DNA of 64,000 bases, from contig CAVXVG010000020.1 in the NCBI GenBank assembly GCA_963765145.1, positions 32,001 through 96,000 of the forward strand, in the 5' to 3' direction. This DNA comes from Parachlamydiales bacterium. GTDB lineage: Bacteria > Chlamydiota > Chlamydiia > Chlamydiales > JAJFMK01. Made by a program: the position numbers and the translations under genes. The first letter of the stretch is position 1, and the number at the start of each line of letters is the position of its first letter. This document shows positions 41,192 to 50,349 of the stretch, piece after piece. The notes beneath the pieces are model-generated. The model searched no databases. It had not been told where the DNA came from and was given only the letters and a program-made list of their open reading frames with translations.

Positions 41192-41390
41192 AGCCAAGTC
41201 CAAGCGTTCAGGCGAACAGTGCAAGAACTACGCCCTAAAAACCTACGGAGTTTGCCGTATGCATGGTGCCCGTGGAGGTCCAAAGACTAAGAAGGGACGC
41301 ATAGCTTGCAAAATGGCGCCAATGAAACACGGAGTGTTCAGCCAGGAAGACATAAAAGAGCGCCAACTAGTGAAGTCATTGTTGGCTTAA
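41178..41390 (+). CDS. HGGxSTG-domain-like small Cys/His protein
   Basis: RCKAKSKRSGEQCKN...CRMHGARGGPKTKKGR...MKHG. Confidence 0.75.
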   Translation: MQRCKAKSKRSGEQCKNYALKTYGVCRMHGARGGPKTKKGRIACKMAPMKHGVFSQEDIKERQLVKSLLA

Positions 41391-41396
41391 AGCTTG

Positions 41397-42332
41397 CTAG
41401 TCTTTTTGTCCAAAAACCACAGATGAGAACAGATCTAATATCGCAATTCTTCCGCCTAATAAAGCCATTTCGTAGGGTGTTTTTATACCCCCATAACACA
41501 TAGCTTTTGCGATTGGGTCAGCGCCATACTTTATTAGCAACTTTGCAGCTTCAAAATCGTTATTTGAAACAGCCCAATGAAGGTGTATGGTTTTTTCTAA
41601 AGCATGTAATTGATGATTAGTATTTTCTGGAATATCGAACTTATTAACATATGCAAGAAGTGTTTCTGCGATATCTAATCTTTTATTAACAAAGGCGAGT
41701 TCCAAAGGTGAAGCATGCTTACCAAAAATCCCCTTACGCCATGGATTCGGGCGTTTTTGTGATTTTTGCAATAAATAGTTGATAAGGTCGAGGTTGCCTG
41801 TATTTACTGCTTCACACAATGTATATGATGGGGAGCCAGGTATGTTTTCGTTTTTAGAATAGAGTTCTACTAAGTTGACATCAGCACCCCTATCGAAGAG
41901 TGGTTTTAAATATTCCAGAGCATTCTTTGACTCGCGAACGATTATTTGTAAGATTCTAGTTTCAGCAAGTTTTACCTCTCGGATAGAGCGATTAGAAGAG
42001 TGTCTAAGAACATATTCAGAAATATTATTAACGGATAGGTCAGGTAAAGCCGAGAGGATTGTCTTAAATAGAAGGAGTCTATCCTGCCTTATGCAAGTAA
42101 TAAGGATGTTTTTGCATGTTATATCGGCTTTATTCTTTCTCCAGTCCTTTTCACCTGACAAATAGACAAGGTCTCCAGTGCCAAACTTTTCAATTAAAAA
42201 GAGGACTAATTTTTCATTATACAGCTTTTCTATCGCATAAGCAGTTTCTGACCAGCCAAACTTTTTTTCTTCACTTTGAGAGTAATTTATTAAAAACTCA
42301 TCAAAGTATTCTTTTTCAACGACGCTTATCAT
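41397..42332 (-). CDS. Ankyrin-repeat protein (cargo)
   Basis: RGADVN, LCEAVNTGNLDLINYLL, SPLELA, LHWAVSNNDFEAAKLLIKYGADP. Confidence 0.85.
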   Translation of the reverse strand: MISVVEKEYFDEFLINYSQSEEKKFGWSETAYAIEKLYNEKLVLFLIEKFGTGDLVYLSGEKDWRKNKADITCKNILITCIRQDRLLLFKTILSALPDLSVNNISEYVLRHSSNRSIREVKLAETRILQIIVRESKNALEYLKPLFDRGADVNLVELYSKNENIPGSPSYTLCEAVNTGNLDLINYLLQKSQKRPNPWRKGIFGKHASPLELAFVNKRLDIAETLLAYVNKFDIPENTNHQLHALEKTIHLHWAVSNNDFEAAKLLIKYGADPIAKAMCYGGIKTPYEMALLGGRIAILDLFSSVVFGQKD

Positions 42333-42477
42333 CTGTCCAAAGTAGTTCTTTGTAAAAGAATACAGACTCTTTGGTTTATTTGGAATTAAATCACAGCTAA
42401 ACTTTTATTTTTACTTGATTTTCTTTGTTAAAGTTAATTACAATTTATGATTAATTTAATTGATGGTTGCTTTTAGC

Positions 42478-43035
42478 ATGTACAAATGGCTTCTTGTTTC
42501 AGTTCTTTCTTTGTCACTTTCTAATTTTGCTCCGGTATTTTCAGCTTCTGTGGATTATCCTAAGCTTGCCAAGTCCATTCAAGAGGAAATCTGCACTCTT
42601 TGGTTTAAGTGCATGATTCAGGAGCTTGAACGAATTCATGACATGAAAACAATTAAACAATGGGAAGAATACGAAGAAAATTTCGATTGTTTTGATGCAT
42701 TGTTTGAGGCGGCCACTTTAGATGAAAACCAAAAAGTATTATTAGGTTACGTAGTCTATGCAAAACGCTATGAATTTTGGACTAAGATGAACATGGCGTT
42801 GTTCTCGAAGATGCTTAAGGAAGATAGATTTGGATTAACTGATAGTCTGGACGATGGCCAAAAGAAAAGGCTGGCAGAGTTTGCCCACCAAGGCTTCGAT
42901 ATGAACCCAACAGGTATTTCTATCGAAAGGATAGAGCAAGAATTAGAAAAATACGGTGATAAAATAGAATTTTTTAAGGACAGGGCAAAAAAACTTGGCA
43001 TGTCAGAAATATTAGATAGTATGGGGACTCTTTGA
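42478..43035 (+). CDS. Secreted hypothetical protein (cargo)
   Basis: Signal-peptide-like N-terminus; AT-rich. Confidence 0.6.
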   Translation: MYKWLLVSVLSLSLSNFAPVFSASVDYPKLAKSIQEEICTLWFKCMIQELERIHDMKTIKQWEEYEENFDCFDALFEAATLDENQKVLLGYVVYAKRYEFWTKMNMALFSKMLKEDRFGLTDSLDDGQKKRLAEFAHQGFDMNPTGISIERIEQELEKYGDKIEFFKDRAKKLGMSEILDSMGTL

Positions 43036-43048
43036 GTTGGATTAATAA

Positions 43049-43327
43049 ATGAAATTATATTATTTTCTTTTTTCTTTTCTTTTTTGTTTTGGTGGTGTTT
43101 TTGCCAGCGAAGGAGTTCAGGGATATATAGTTCAAGTAGCTGATGGAAGAAGCTTTCTTCTTGACACTGAAACTGGCGCTACTTGGAGATATTTTTTTAA
43201 TAGTGTCGGGGAGCAAGGGTGGTCGCGAGTATATTTTATGAGTTTAGGCGAGGATTCTAATTCAGTATCACTAGTGCCTTATGGTGTTCCATTTGAAGTC
43301 CCAAAAGATAAAAAAATTGTTAAGTGA
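43049..43327 (+). CDS. Small secreted hypothetical protein
   Basis: Signal peptide ending VFA; LLDTETGATWR motif. Confidence 0.6.
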   Translation: MKLYYFLFSFLFCFGGVFASEGVQGYIVQVADGRSFLLDTETGATWRYFFNSVGEQGWSRVYFMSLGEDSNSVSLVPYGVPFEVPKDKKIVK

Positions 43328-43397
43328 AAAGAAGCATCTTGTGATGCAAGCCAAACAAATAGATGCGAAATTATATTTTTTAAATGATCGATATTAA

Positions 43398-43658
43398 ATG
43401 ATTTGTAATAGTTTTAATCAGCGTGTTATTGCGCTTTTGCTCACTTTGTCCTTTGGTTTAATCCAGGATAGTTTCGCTAATTCTGCAAATGCTATTCCGA
43501 CAACATGCCAACCACAATCTGCTGTGGTTTATGTAACTAAGACTGGAAAGAAGTATCATAGATCTGGCTGTAAGCATTTAAAATCTATTATTCCAATCGA
43601 GATAGATGAAGCTCGTCGTCTCGGATATGAGCCATGCAAAACCTGTAAACCAAACTAG
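43398..43658 (+). CDS. Small secreted protein with an Ada-like metal-binding domain
   Basis: VYVTKTGKKYHRSGC...EARRLGYEPCKTCKP. Confidence 0.75.
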   Translation: MICNSFNQRVIALLLTLSFGLIQDSFANSANAIPTTCQPQSAVVYVTKTGKKYHRSGCKHLKSIIPIEIDEARRLGYEPCKTCKPN

Positions 43659-43662
43659 CAAT

Positions 43663-44343
43663 ATGAATTTTTTTTTAATTTTGATTTTAACAATTTTCTT
43701 TTTCACAGTCGGCTACTGCTTTTCAATATGGAAAAATAAAAATAAATTGGAAGTCATTCGGGCTCGTGGAGTAATAGATTTTATCTACTCTTACTGTGAA
43801 AGATTGCATGATAGATGTGACTTAGTGCTTGAGAAGATGGAAACTGGAACATTTGAGGATAAAGAAAAGGTTGTATACGCAGCAATGCTCAAAACACACA
43901 CAAATATAGTAGAGGATTTAGTTGAGGTTGCAAATGCGTTTGAAAATAAATTGGCAGGACTTTTACAAGGGGAAATTGGTGAAAGAGTGGCCTTTGGAAG
44001 GCGCTTAGATAGAAAAATCAAAAATCTTGCTGCTGTTGAAGACGGATTAACTGGTGAAGGGACAATTGAAGACTTTGAGCATATTACAGAAAGTTTACGA
44101 CAGGTAGAAGTAATCAAAGTTTTGGTGAATGATTATTTAAATCACAGTGATGATTTTATAAAGAACGCTGCGATTGAAGCGGCCGCATTGATGGATGTAA
44201 AGGGAAATATTTTAAATATTTTAGAGGAATGTCTTAAAGCTGGCGAAAATGCGCCCGGCAAAGAAACTAAAGAGCTACTTGAAAGGCAAGCGATTCAAAC
44301 AACACGATTCGTTAATTCGATAAAACATTTATTCGGTTCTTGA
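43663..44343 (+). CDS. Hypothetical protein with N-terminal TM
   Basis: ATG 43663; hydrophobic N-terminus, helical body. Confidence 0.6.
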   Translation: MNFFLILILTIFFFTVGYCFSIWKNKNKLEVIRARGVIDFIYSYCERLHDRCDLVLEKMETGTFEDKEKVVYAAMLKTHTNIVEDLVEVANAFENKLAGLLQGEIGERVAFGRRLDRKIKNLAAVEDGLTGEGTIEDFEHITESLRQVEVIKVLVNDYLNHSDDFIKNAAIEAAALMDVKGNILNILEECLKAGENAPGKETKELLERQAIQTTRFVNSIKHLFGS

Positions 44344-44344
44344 T

Positions 44345-44653
44345 ATGCAAACAGATGTCAAATTTCTAAAAAGACTGAACAATAGCTTCTTTAAGTGGTT
44401 AATGATTACATATATTGCGCTCCTTCTAATCTTGGGCTACAAAATATATCAATATACATCTGCTTATGACGAGATCATTTCTAATAAATTAAAATTATTT
44501 TTCTTTTCTATAAAAGAGATGCTAGATGCTCTTGACGGTTGGGCTATTTTTTGGATGGTAATTTTTGTTTTTATCGTTGGTACTATGATCTGTCACTATT
44601 TGCAAAGAAAGATCGTTGAACAAGGTGGTTCTCTACTTGATGAAGACGAATAG
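44345..44653 (+). CDS. Small two-TM membrane protein
   Basis: Two hydrophobic segments; N-terminus paralogous to 45695-46453. Confidence 0.6.
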   Translation: MQTDVKFLKRLNNSFFKWLMITYIALLLILGYKIYQYTSAYDEIISNKLKLFFFSIKEMLDALDGWAIFWMVIFVFIVGTMICHYLQRKIVEQGGSLLDEDE

Positions 44654-44733
44654 GTAACAGGATGACAGCCAAATTGCATAAAGTCCGTCTTTAATTTTAA
44701 AAATGTTTCAATTTATTTTTTTGGTAATGGTTT

Positions 44734-45693
44734 ATGAGTGAAATAAAAGGAATAATGGAGCTTTTGTTGAGTCCAACGCCGATCGCCCATAGGCTTTTAA
44801 TGGCTGCCTGGGACAACTTAAGCTTCGAGTCTCAATGCGATCTTTTATTGAATTATGGAAGCGTGCAAGGCCAAAGGCTTAGAAATCATTGGGTAGAAAT
44901 TGGTGAAGTCGCAATAAAAAGTCCTTATCCTCTTGTAAGGTACCTTGGTTCAAAAATAATAGGGTCAGAGAAAAAATACGAAGCGCAGGTGCGTAATGAT
45001 CCACATCCTCTCGTTTCTGCTTCAAATATGATTTCTGGGTGTGATTATTTTAGTTCTGTGTTCAAAAATATCACCTCTTTCCTTTCTTTAAATCAGGCTG
45101 AAAGGATCGAGCAATTATCTAATTGCTCTAATTCAGGTGGTAAATTTTTTGACCTAATGCTTTCTGTTAAGAAAGAAATGGAAAAGGGCCTGCTTAAACA
45201 GGCAGAAGTTTTTGAAATGCTGTTTGCCTATCTAACAAATCCTTATGTAAAAAGAGAAATTGAGAGAGATTTTAGTAAATATGGACCGGAGGGGGGATTT
45301 AATTGGTTTTCTGATGGAGAAGAAAGAAATTCTCTATGGAAACTGATAACTCTTTTTCCAGATCAGTGGAATTTACCTGAGTTTTTACCTGCTGTTCCAC
45401 AGGGTGCAATTATAAAGGACTTAAAGAGTATAGCGGATGAATTAACCAAAGGTAAATTCTGGCAAACTTTAGATGCAATATTTCAAAGAAAAGACATCAA
45501 AGAAGATGGGTTGAAAAAAACTCTTTTTGATGAATTGATGAGAGCTGTTGTTAATTCAGATCCAAATAGTAGATTTACCGATATTGGAAAATATGATGCG
45601 ATATCGCTGATCAGCTCTCTTAGTTCTAAAAATGAATCTTGGGAAGAAATAAATAAAAAAATATGCTGTTATTTTGACGGTGAGGGGGCTTGA
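44734..45693 (+). CDS. Hypothetical protein
   Basis: 319-aa ORF; weak HEAT-like SPYPLVRY / DPHPLV. Confidence 0.6.
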   Translation: MSEIKGIMELLLSPTPIAHRLLMAAWDNLSFESQCDLLLNYGSVQGQRLRNHWVEIGEVAIKSPYPLVRYLGSKIIGSEKKYEAQVRNDPHPLVSASNMISGCDYFSSVFKNITSFLSLNQAERIEQLSNCSNSGGKFFDLMLSVKKEMEKGLLKQAEVFEMLFAYLTNPYVKREIERDFSKYGPEGGFNWFSDGEERNSLWKLITLFPDQWNLPEFLPAVPQGAIIKDLKSIADELTKGKFWQTLDAIFQRKDIKEDGLKKTLFDELMRAVVNSDPNSRFTDIGKYDAISLISSLSSKNESWEEINKKICCYFDGEGA

Positions 45694-45694
45694 T

Positions 45695-46453
45695 ATGAAG
45701 CTGAATGTTAAATTTCTTAATAGGCGCAATTTGCGCATTGTCAAGTGGTCAATGATTACTTACGTTATATTGTCGTCAATCGTTTTTTTTACTATTTATC
45801 AATTTGCGGGACGTTATAATGAGCCGTCGTATTATTTAAAATCGGCTCACAAACAAAAAAATATAATAGATCCTTTATTGGGCTATGATTGGCGAGAACC
45901 AGGTACATTTTCTCTCCCCCTATCTAACTCTACATTGTCTTCGCCGTATAGAGCTATTTTTGGTATAGAAGCGAAGGGGTTGGCTCTTTCTAAGGGATTT
46001 TTTGACACTAACGCCATAGAAGCAATTGTTGTTAATGAACGATTTGAAAATATTTACTTTGAGTATTTAGAAATCGGTTATTATTCTATTGATGATTGGC
46101 AATCTAAAGACTTTTCTGCAGTTTTAGAAAGTGTAAAAAGAAATACACTGAGTGATAATCCCAAGCGTCTAAAAATGGGTCTAAGTGAACAAAAGGTGAT
46201 AGGTTGGCTATACGAGCCTATCATAGATCGTCATGCAAACTCAGTGATTTTTGTTGTCGAAGGTGAAGATCTAGATGGTCCTTTTGTAAATTTTATAGCT
46301 TTCAAAATGGGGAGATATGGAGTTGAGAAAATCACGTGGGTAACTGACATGAAGAGCTATATCCAATTCGGGAGTGAGCTTAATTTGATGCTAAGATCAT
46401 TTGATTTCGATCCTGGTTTCAGATACGTAGATCATACTTCAGGAGATTACTAG
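45695..46453 (+). CDS. DUF2167-like membrane-anchored protein, apparently C-terminally truncated
   Basis: GYYSIDDW, NPKRLKMG, IGWLYEP, GRYGV, FDPGFRYVD; ends just before the element's right end. Confidence 0.65.
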   Translation: MKLNVKFLNRRNLRIVKWSMITYVILSSIVFFTIYQFAGRYNEPSYYLKSAHKQKNIIDPLLGYDWREPGTFSLPLSNSTLSSPYRAIFGIEAKGLALSKGFFDTNAIEAIVVNERFENIYFEYLEIGYYSIDDWQSKDFSAVLESVKRNTLSDNPKRLKMGLSEQKVIGWLYEPIIDRHANSVIFVVEGEDLDGPFVNFIAFKMGRYGVEKITWVTDMKSYIQFGSELNLMLRSFDFDPGFRYVDHTSGDY

Positions 46454-46467
46454 CCCTTTATTGTGGA

Positions 46468-46703
46468 TTACGCAAAATTTACGCACTAGAGGGCAAAAAA
46501 CTGGCATAAAATAGCGATGAGCTGCACAATTGGGGATGTCGTAAATTACTAACGGTGTTGTGCTTGATGATGTTGGTTTATTCCAGTTTAAGCAATGATA
46601 ACCGACTTAAAATCCCTTGCTCTTTATCGGGCGTGCTGGTTCGACTCCAGTTCCGAGCACTTAATTTACAGGGACTTAAGCGGAAATCAAAAAGGCTTAA
46701 GTC
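46468..46703 (+). repeat. Element right end plus attR1 (tRNA 3' half copy)
   Basis: 46468-46603 similar to 49183-49318 (both 136 bp); 46604-46703 identical to 33400-33499. Confidence 0.92.
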
Positions 46704-46828
46704 TTCTTTCTTTTTGTTATTTTTCCTCACTTTTACGCACTTGCTAGAAGATTCAAGGCTTATGAGATCGAGAAGAGATAAATTTCTGTTATTTTAACTT
46801 TATCGCCATTTAGAGCACGACTTATAGG

Positions 46829-47695
46829 CTACGACTGGTTTTGAATTCGTTCATAAAAACCATTTGTCATTTCAAAAGCATGTGTTAAGTCAGGATTTAA
46901 TCCACATTCAATGGCCAATTTTTGAAAAAGATCCCTCCATCCATGGGGAGGAGCTATTAGACTGTTGGGTAAGAGATGCGTTCCTCTAGTTGCAAAAATA
47001 GTTGTAAGAGCTATTTTGCATTTATCTATATCAAAATCAGCGCTTCCCAATAGCAGGACCAAGTCAATTAAGTCTTTTACTCTTGAATTTATTTTTCCAT
47101 CTCTGGGAAGGCTATAGGCGTGGATCTTCTCAGCAAATTGCTGTTCTCTTGTGATCATAGGCATCATGGGAGAAGGAATGTTACAAAATTCAAGCCAATC
47201 ACTTCCCTTTATCCTGTCGACATGATTGACCAAGATATCGAGGCCAATATCTATTTGAAAACGTACGAAAAGCTTTCCATCCAAAAAGGAGGAAACGGGA
47301 AAACGAGCTCCTCCATAAGGGGCATTGTCTAGTTCAAGCTCAGGTTGGCCAATTTGATAAACAAAAAAATCATTTAGATCTATTTGAGCATAATCACGAA
47401 GAGTCTGAAAAATTCCTTCGGGTGCGGCTATTATTGTGCTTCTAAATCGCTCAAGATAGGTTAAATCGATATCCTTTGTAGCCCGAGCCTTCTCAAATCG
47501 CAATTCCATCGCATACCCACCCTTCAGAAGAAATTGGGGGCTTTCCGATTCCTGAAATATCCTGGCGAGCAAACGATCAAATGCTACCTTTCTCCTTAGA
47601 CGTTGTAAATCTTGTTTAGAAGTCCTTGCGAGTGAATTTAATCGCGTCTCTAAGCTCTTGCGGAAGTCGGTGGCGGATTTAAATTGTATGCTCAT
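46829..47695 (-). CDS. abiEii: AbiEii-family nucleotidyltransferase toxin (type IV TA)
   Basis: LLKGGYAM, RATKDIDL, AEKIHA, SRVKDLID. Confidence 0.92.
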   Translation of the reverse strand: MSIQFKSATDFRKSLETRLNSLARTSKQDLQRLRRKVAFDRLLARIFQESESPQFLLKGGYAMELRFEKARATKDIDLTYLERFRSTIIAAPEGIFQTLRDYAQIDLNDFFVYQIGQPELELDNAPYGGARFPVSSFLDGKLFVRFQIDIGLDILVNHVDRIKGSDWLEFCNIPSPMMPMITREQQFAEKIHAYSLPRDGKINSRVKDLIDLVLLLGSADFDIDKCKIALTTIFATRGTHLLPNSLIAPPHGWRDLFQKLAIECGLNPDLTHAFEMTNGFYERIQNQS

Positions 47696-48269
47696 ATATG
47701 AATTGCCTTAGTATTGCTGCTTGTTCATTCCGTTCTATTTCTTGTTTTGAGATAAGCCCTTGTTTGATCGCTTGTCTTATTCCCAGCTCAATTTGATCCT
47801 CAGATACACTTTTGTCTTTGACAATATCCACAAGAGTTTTTAGTACTGTTGTTACTCTGTAGCCTTGCCTAACTTGAATATCCTGGGGAAGAAGAGTATT
47901 GTAATGCAGAACTAGCACTCCTGGGATTGTTTGATTGCGTCTGAAGTGATTCGGAACAGTCATATGCATTTTTGCAGGCATGGTATCTGTGAGTTCATGG
48001 ATATCAAGAGCGGTTTCATGAGACCATATTCCTTCCGGCTCTCCTTGCTTGTTTCGGCTCCATAGGCTCCAAAGGACAAGCTCTGGTCTACCTTGAATTG
48101 GGTAGCGCGCAAGTCGATAAATGCCTCTGAATTCCTTTATCCAACTTCCTGAAATGACATATCGGTGAAAATGAGAGCGGTGATACCCACACTCCTCCGC
48201 CTGTGAAGAAGTGAAATACCCCTGCTGCCTGTCTGCTACTTCAAAGAGTCTGTCTTTACTAGTCTCCAT
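47679..48269 (-). CDS. abiEi: AbiEi-family antitoxin (type IV TA)
   Basis: AxRQQGYFT, RGIYRL, SHETALDIHEL, VTTVLKTLVD. Confidence 0.9.
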   Translation of the reverse strand: METSKDRLFEVADRQQGYFTSSQAEECGYHRSHFHRYVISGSWIKEFRGIYRLARYPIQGRPELVLWSLWSRNKQGEPEGIWSHETALDIHELTDTMPAKMHMTVPNHFRRNQTIPGVLVLHYNTLLPQDIQVRQGYRVTTVLKTLVDIVKDKSVSEDQIELGIRQAIKQGLISKQEIERNEQAAILRQFIYEHTI

Positions 48270-48271
48270 AC

Positions 48272-48300
48272 ACAAATGTTACCTTTTTGGTAACTTTTGT
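48272..48300. promoter_or_regulatory. Inverted repeat directly upstream of abiEi (putative autoregulatory operator)
   Basis: ACAAAtGTTACC-ttttt-GGTAACtTTTGT. Confidence 0.6.
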
Positions 48301-48314
48301 GTAAATAGGGCTTT

Positions 48315-49106
48315 TTATTTAGCATATTTGAGAGCTGCCCAGGCAAGTAAAATAAAGGCTTTCCTACTTTCGTCCAAAAAAGATTTGTCAACAAGGGTGA
48401 TTTGCCAATGAATTAAACCCTCAGGCTTAGAAAGGTTGGCGACAGCAACTAACCGATTAGTCACAGCTTCGCGAAAGACTAGGCTCATCTTGTCATTATT
48501 GCCTTTAGCATGCGCCAGAGGACGTCCTAAACCTGAATAAAGCTCCAAATGGCTATTTGTTAATTTAATCACCCCAATGCGATTACCATTAACATGGGCC
48601 AGTAAGTTAGACTCGTCTCTGAACACCTTTTTTCCTGTTGGATAGGAGAAATCGAAGGTTCCAAACTCACTGTCTTCCACTAGAAATTCCAACGTTGCGT
48701 TTTGAAAAAGAGAAAACATGTGTTTGGCGGCATGTTGTTCTAGTCTGATTTGGTTATCATTGGTGCCAAATACTCGACAAAAAATATGACAAATTGGGGT
48801 AAAAGAGCTGTGGAGGGAACTTTTATTGGATAAAGAATCAATGAGGTAGTATTCAACATTATTAGCAATTTCTATCGGGAATTCGGGCATCCTCTCAACA
48901 GAATCAAAGGAATAGCGCAAGCATGTTGTTTCAACAGAATCTGCAAAAACAAATATTTTGCGAAATAGTCTCTCGGTCCACTCCATCTTTTGCCATGAAT
49001 GCTTTTCGTAGCTATAAAAGCGACCATTCGACGCTTCTGACTTTAAAAGAGGAAGTGTCAATGAACTTTCGTTTATTTGTTCGTATTCAGTTGTAATTGC
49101 GATCAT
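48315..49106 (-). CDS. Hypothetical protein
   Basis: ATG 49106; remnant of its 3' end at 57463-57513. Confidence 0.6.
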   Translation of the reverse strand: MIAITTEYEQINESSLTLPLLKSEASNGRFYSYEKHSWQKMEWTERLFRKIFVFADSVETTCLRYSFDSVERMPEFPIEIANNVEYYLIDSLSNKSSLHSSFTPICHIFCRVFGTNDNQIRLEQHAAKHMFSLFQNATLEFLVEDSEFGTFDFSYPTGKKVFRDESNLLAHVNGNRIGVIKLTNSHLELYSGLGRPLAHAKGNNDKMSLVFREAVTNRLVAVANLSKPEGLIHWQITLVDKSFLDESRKAFILLAWAALKYAK

Positions 49107-49182
49107 AGAAATTCCTGTGCAGGTTTCAAAATTGCATTCTGTGTTTTTGAGTCTAGTAAAAAGCATGCCTTGATGGGGTTTT

Positions 49183-49368
49183 TTACGCAAAATTTACGCA
49201 CTAAAGGGCAAAAAACTGGCATAAAATGGCGATGAGCTGCACAATCACAAGCTTTGTAATATGTTCACGGTGTTGTGCTTGATGATGCTAGGTCATTCCA
49301 GTTTAAGCAATGATAACCGACTTAAAATCCCTTGCTCTTTATCGGCCGTGCTGGTTCGACTCCAGTTC
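49183..49368 (+). repeat. Element right end plus attR2 (tRNA 3' part, one mismatch, truncated)
   Basis: gacttaaaatcccttgctctttatcggccgtgctggttcgactccagttc at 49319-49368. Confidence 0.9.
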
Positions 49369-49392
49369 TAAGTTAGCCCCTCTTTCAATAAT

Positions 49393-49444
49393 TGTAGCTT
49401 AGGCTTTAGCCTGAGGGTGTTTTTGCGGGTTTTAACCCGCAACT
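49393..49444. repeat. Half copy of the GTAG REP doublet at 3703-3808
   Basis: tgtagcttaggctttagcctgag...ttttgcgggttttaacccgcaact. Confidence 0.8.
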
Positions 49445-49496
49445 TCCCCAATGTACTCCGCACATTGCAAGAGGGAGGAAAGCATTTCCGCATCGC

Positions 49497-49713
49497 AGGC
49501 CGGGCCTAGGGTGAAACATATCACTCAAAAATTGGGAATTTCTCGTAGTGAGAAACCAGAAATTTCCTGTCCCAATTTTTTCCCTCGATTTGTTGTTTAA
49601 GCAGAGAAAAAACACCATGTGAGCAGCTGTTAAAAAAGGCCCAAGATTGGAGGGATAAAATCAGTCCGTTTTTTGCAAAAAATCGGCGATTTGTTTCACC
49701 CCAGGCCCGGCCT
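49497..49713. mobile_element. MITE-like element with 26-bp terminal inverted repeats
   Basis: aggccgggcctagggtgaaacatatc / gatttgtttcaccccaggcccggcct (2 mismatches); no credible ORF. Confidence 0.65.
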
Positions 49714-49813
49714 CGAGATTCTTCGATCCCCTGGGTCTTGGGCTTTTAATTTTACAATAAATCAAAAATACATTTACAATGTAAGGCGATTATGTAATTA
49801 AGGCTAGATATCT

Positions 49814-50212
49814 ATGGCATCAGTGATTGGATTGGGAACAGCGCTTGGTACTGCATGCATTGCAGCTTACGACTATTTTTGTCCATCGGGCAAAAAAAAT
49901 GAGAGCGAAAGTCCTCTTACAGGACGAGCCGTCTTGATCAAAGGAGCCCAACTTGGAGCAGGGGCATTGACCGTTGCTATTGCCGGCCTCTTTGCCTATA
50001 AGGTTCTTCCTTACCTCCTAGATGCGAAAGGGGGACGAATCACTTTTGAATTTGTAAAAAACAATAGTAAAATTGATCTGATTATAAGGGAGACTTCCTG
50101 GGCTGAATTATTCCCACATAACGTCATTGAAAAAGGTTTTCTGATCTTTTCTCAAATCATGTTGGGGGTCCCTCTTTATTTCATAATGAAGGAAAAATTT
50201 TCCACCCCTTAA
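49814..50212 (+). CDS. Small hydrophobic hypothetical protein
   Basis: Three hydrophobic stretches. Confidence 0.55.
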   Translation: MASVIGLGTALGTACIAAYDYFCPSGKKNESESPLTGRAVLIKGAQLGAGALTVAIAGLFAYKVLPYLLDAKGGRITFEFVKNNSKIDLIIRETSWAELFPHNVIEKGFLIFSQIMLGVPLYFIMKEKFSTP

Positions 50213-50349
50213 TTAGTGTTCTCATCATTGAGAAAAAGCACCAAATTTTGAGTTGGAGTTTTGCTGATATATCTATTAATTATTTTTTGTTCTAATTCTC
50301 GTGTTTGCTATAATTACTCTCCAATATTTTTTAAAAAAGAGGGGAAAAA

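Larger units (their letters stand above)
33400..46703 (+). mobile_element. tRNA-Leu-integrated phage-satellite/PICI-like element (element 1)
   Basis: 100-bp perfect direct repeat 33400-33499 = 46604-46703; integrase, Xis-like, DUF927, primase and HTH genes; AT-rich cargo; no capsid, tail or conjugation genes seen. Confidence 0.9.
46604..49368. mobile_element. Non-autonomous integrative cassette (element 2)
   Basis: Bounded by att copies; same left and right ends as element 1; no recombinase gene. Confidence 0.8.

Noticed and set aside
46604..46659. Possible second and third tRNA-Leu genes (also 49319)
   Set aside because: They lack the 5' acceptor strand and D-arm; these are att copies.
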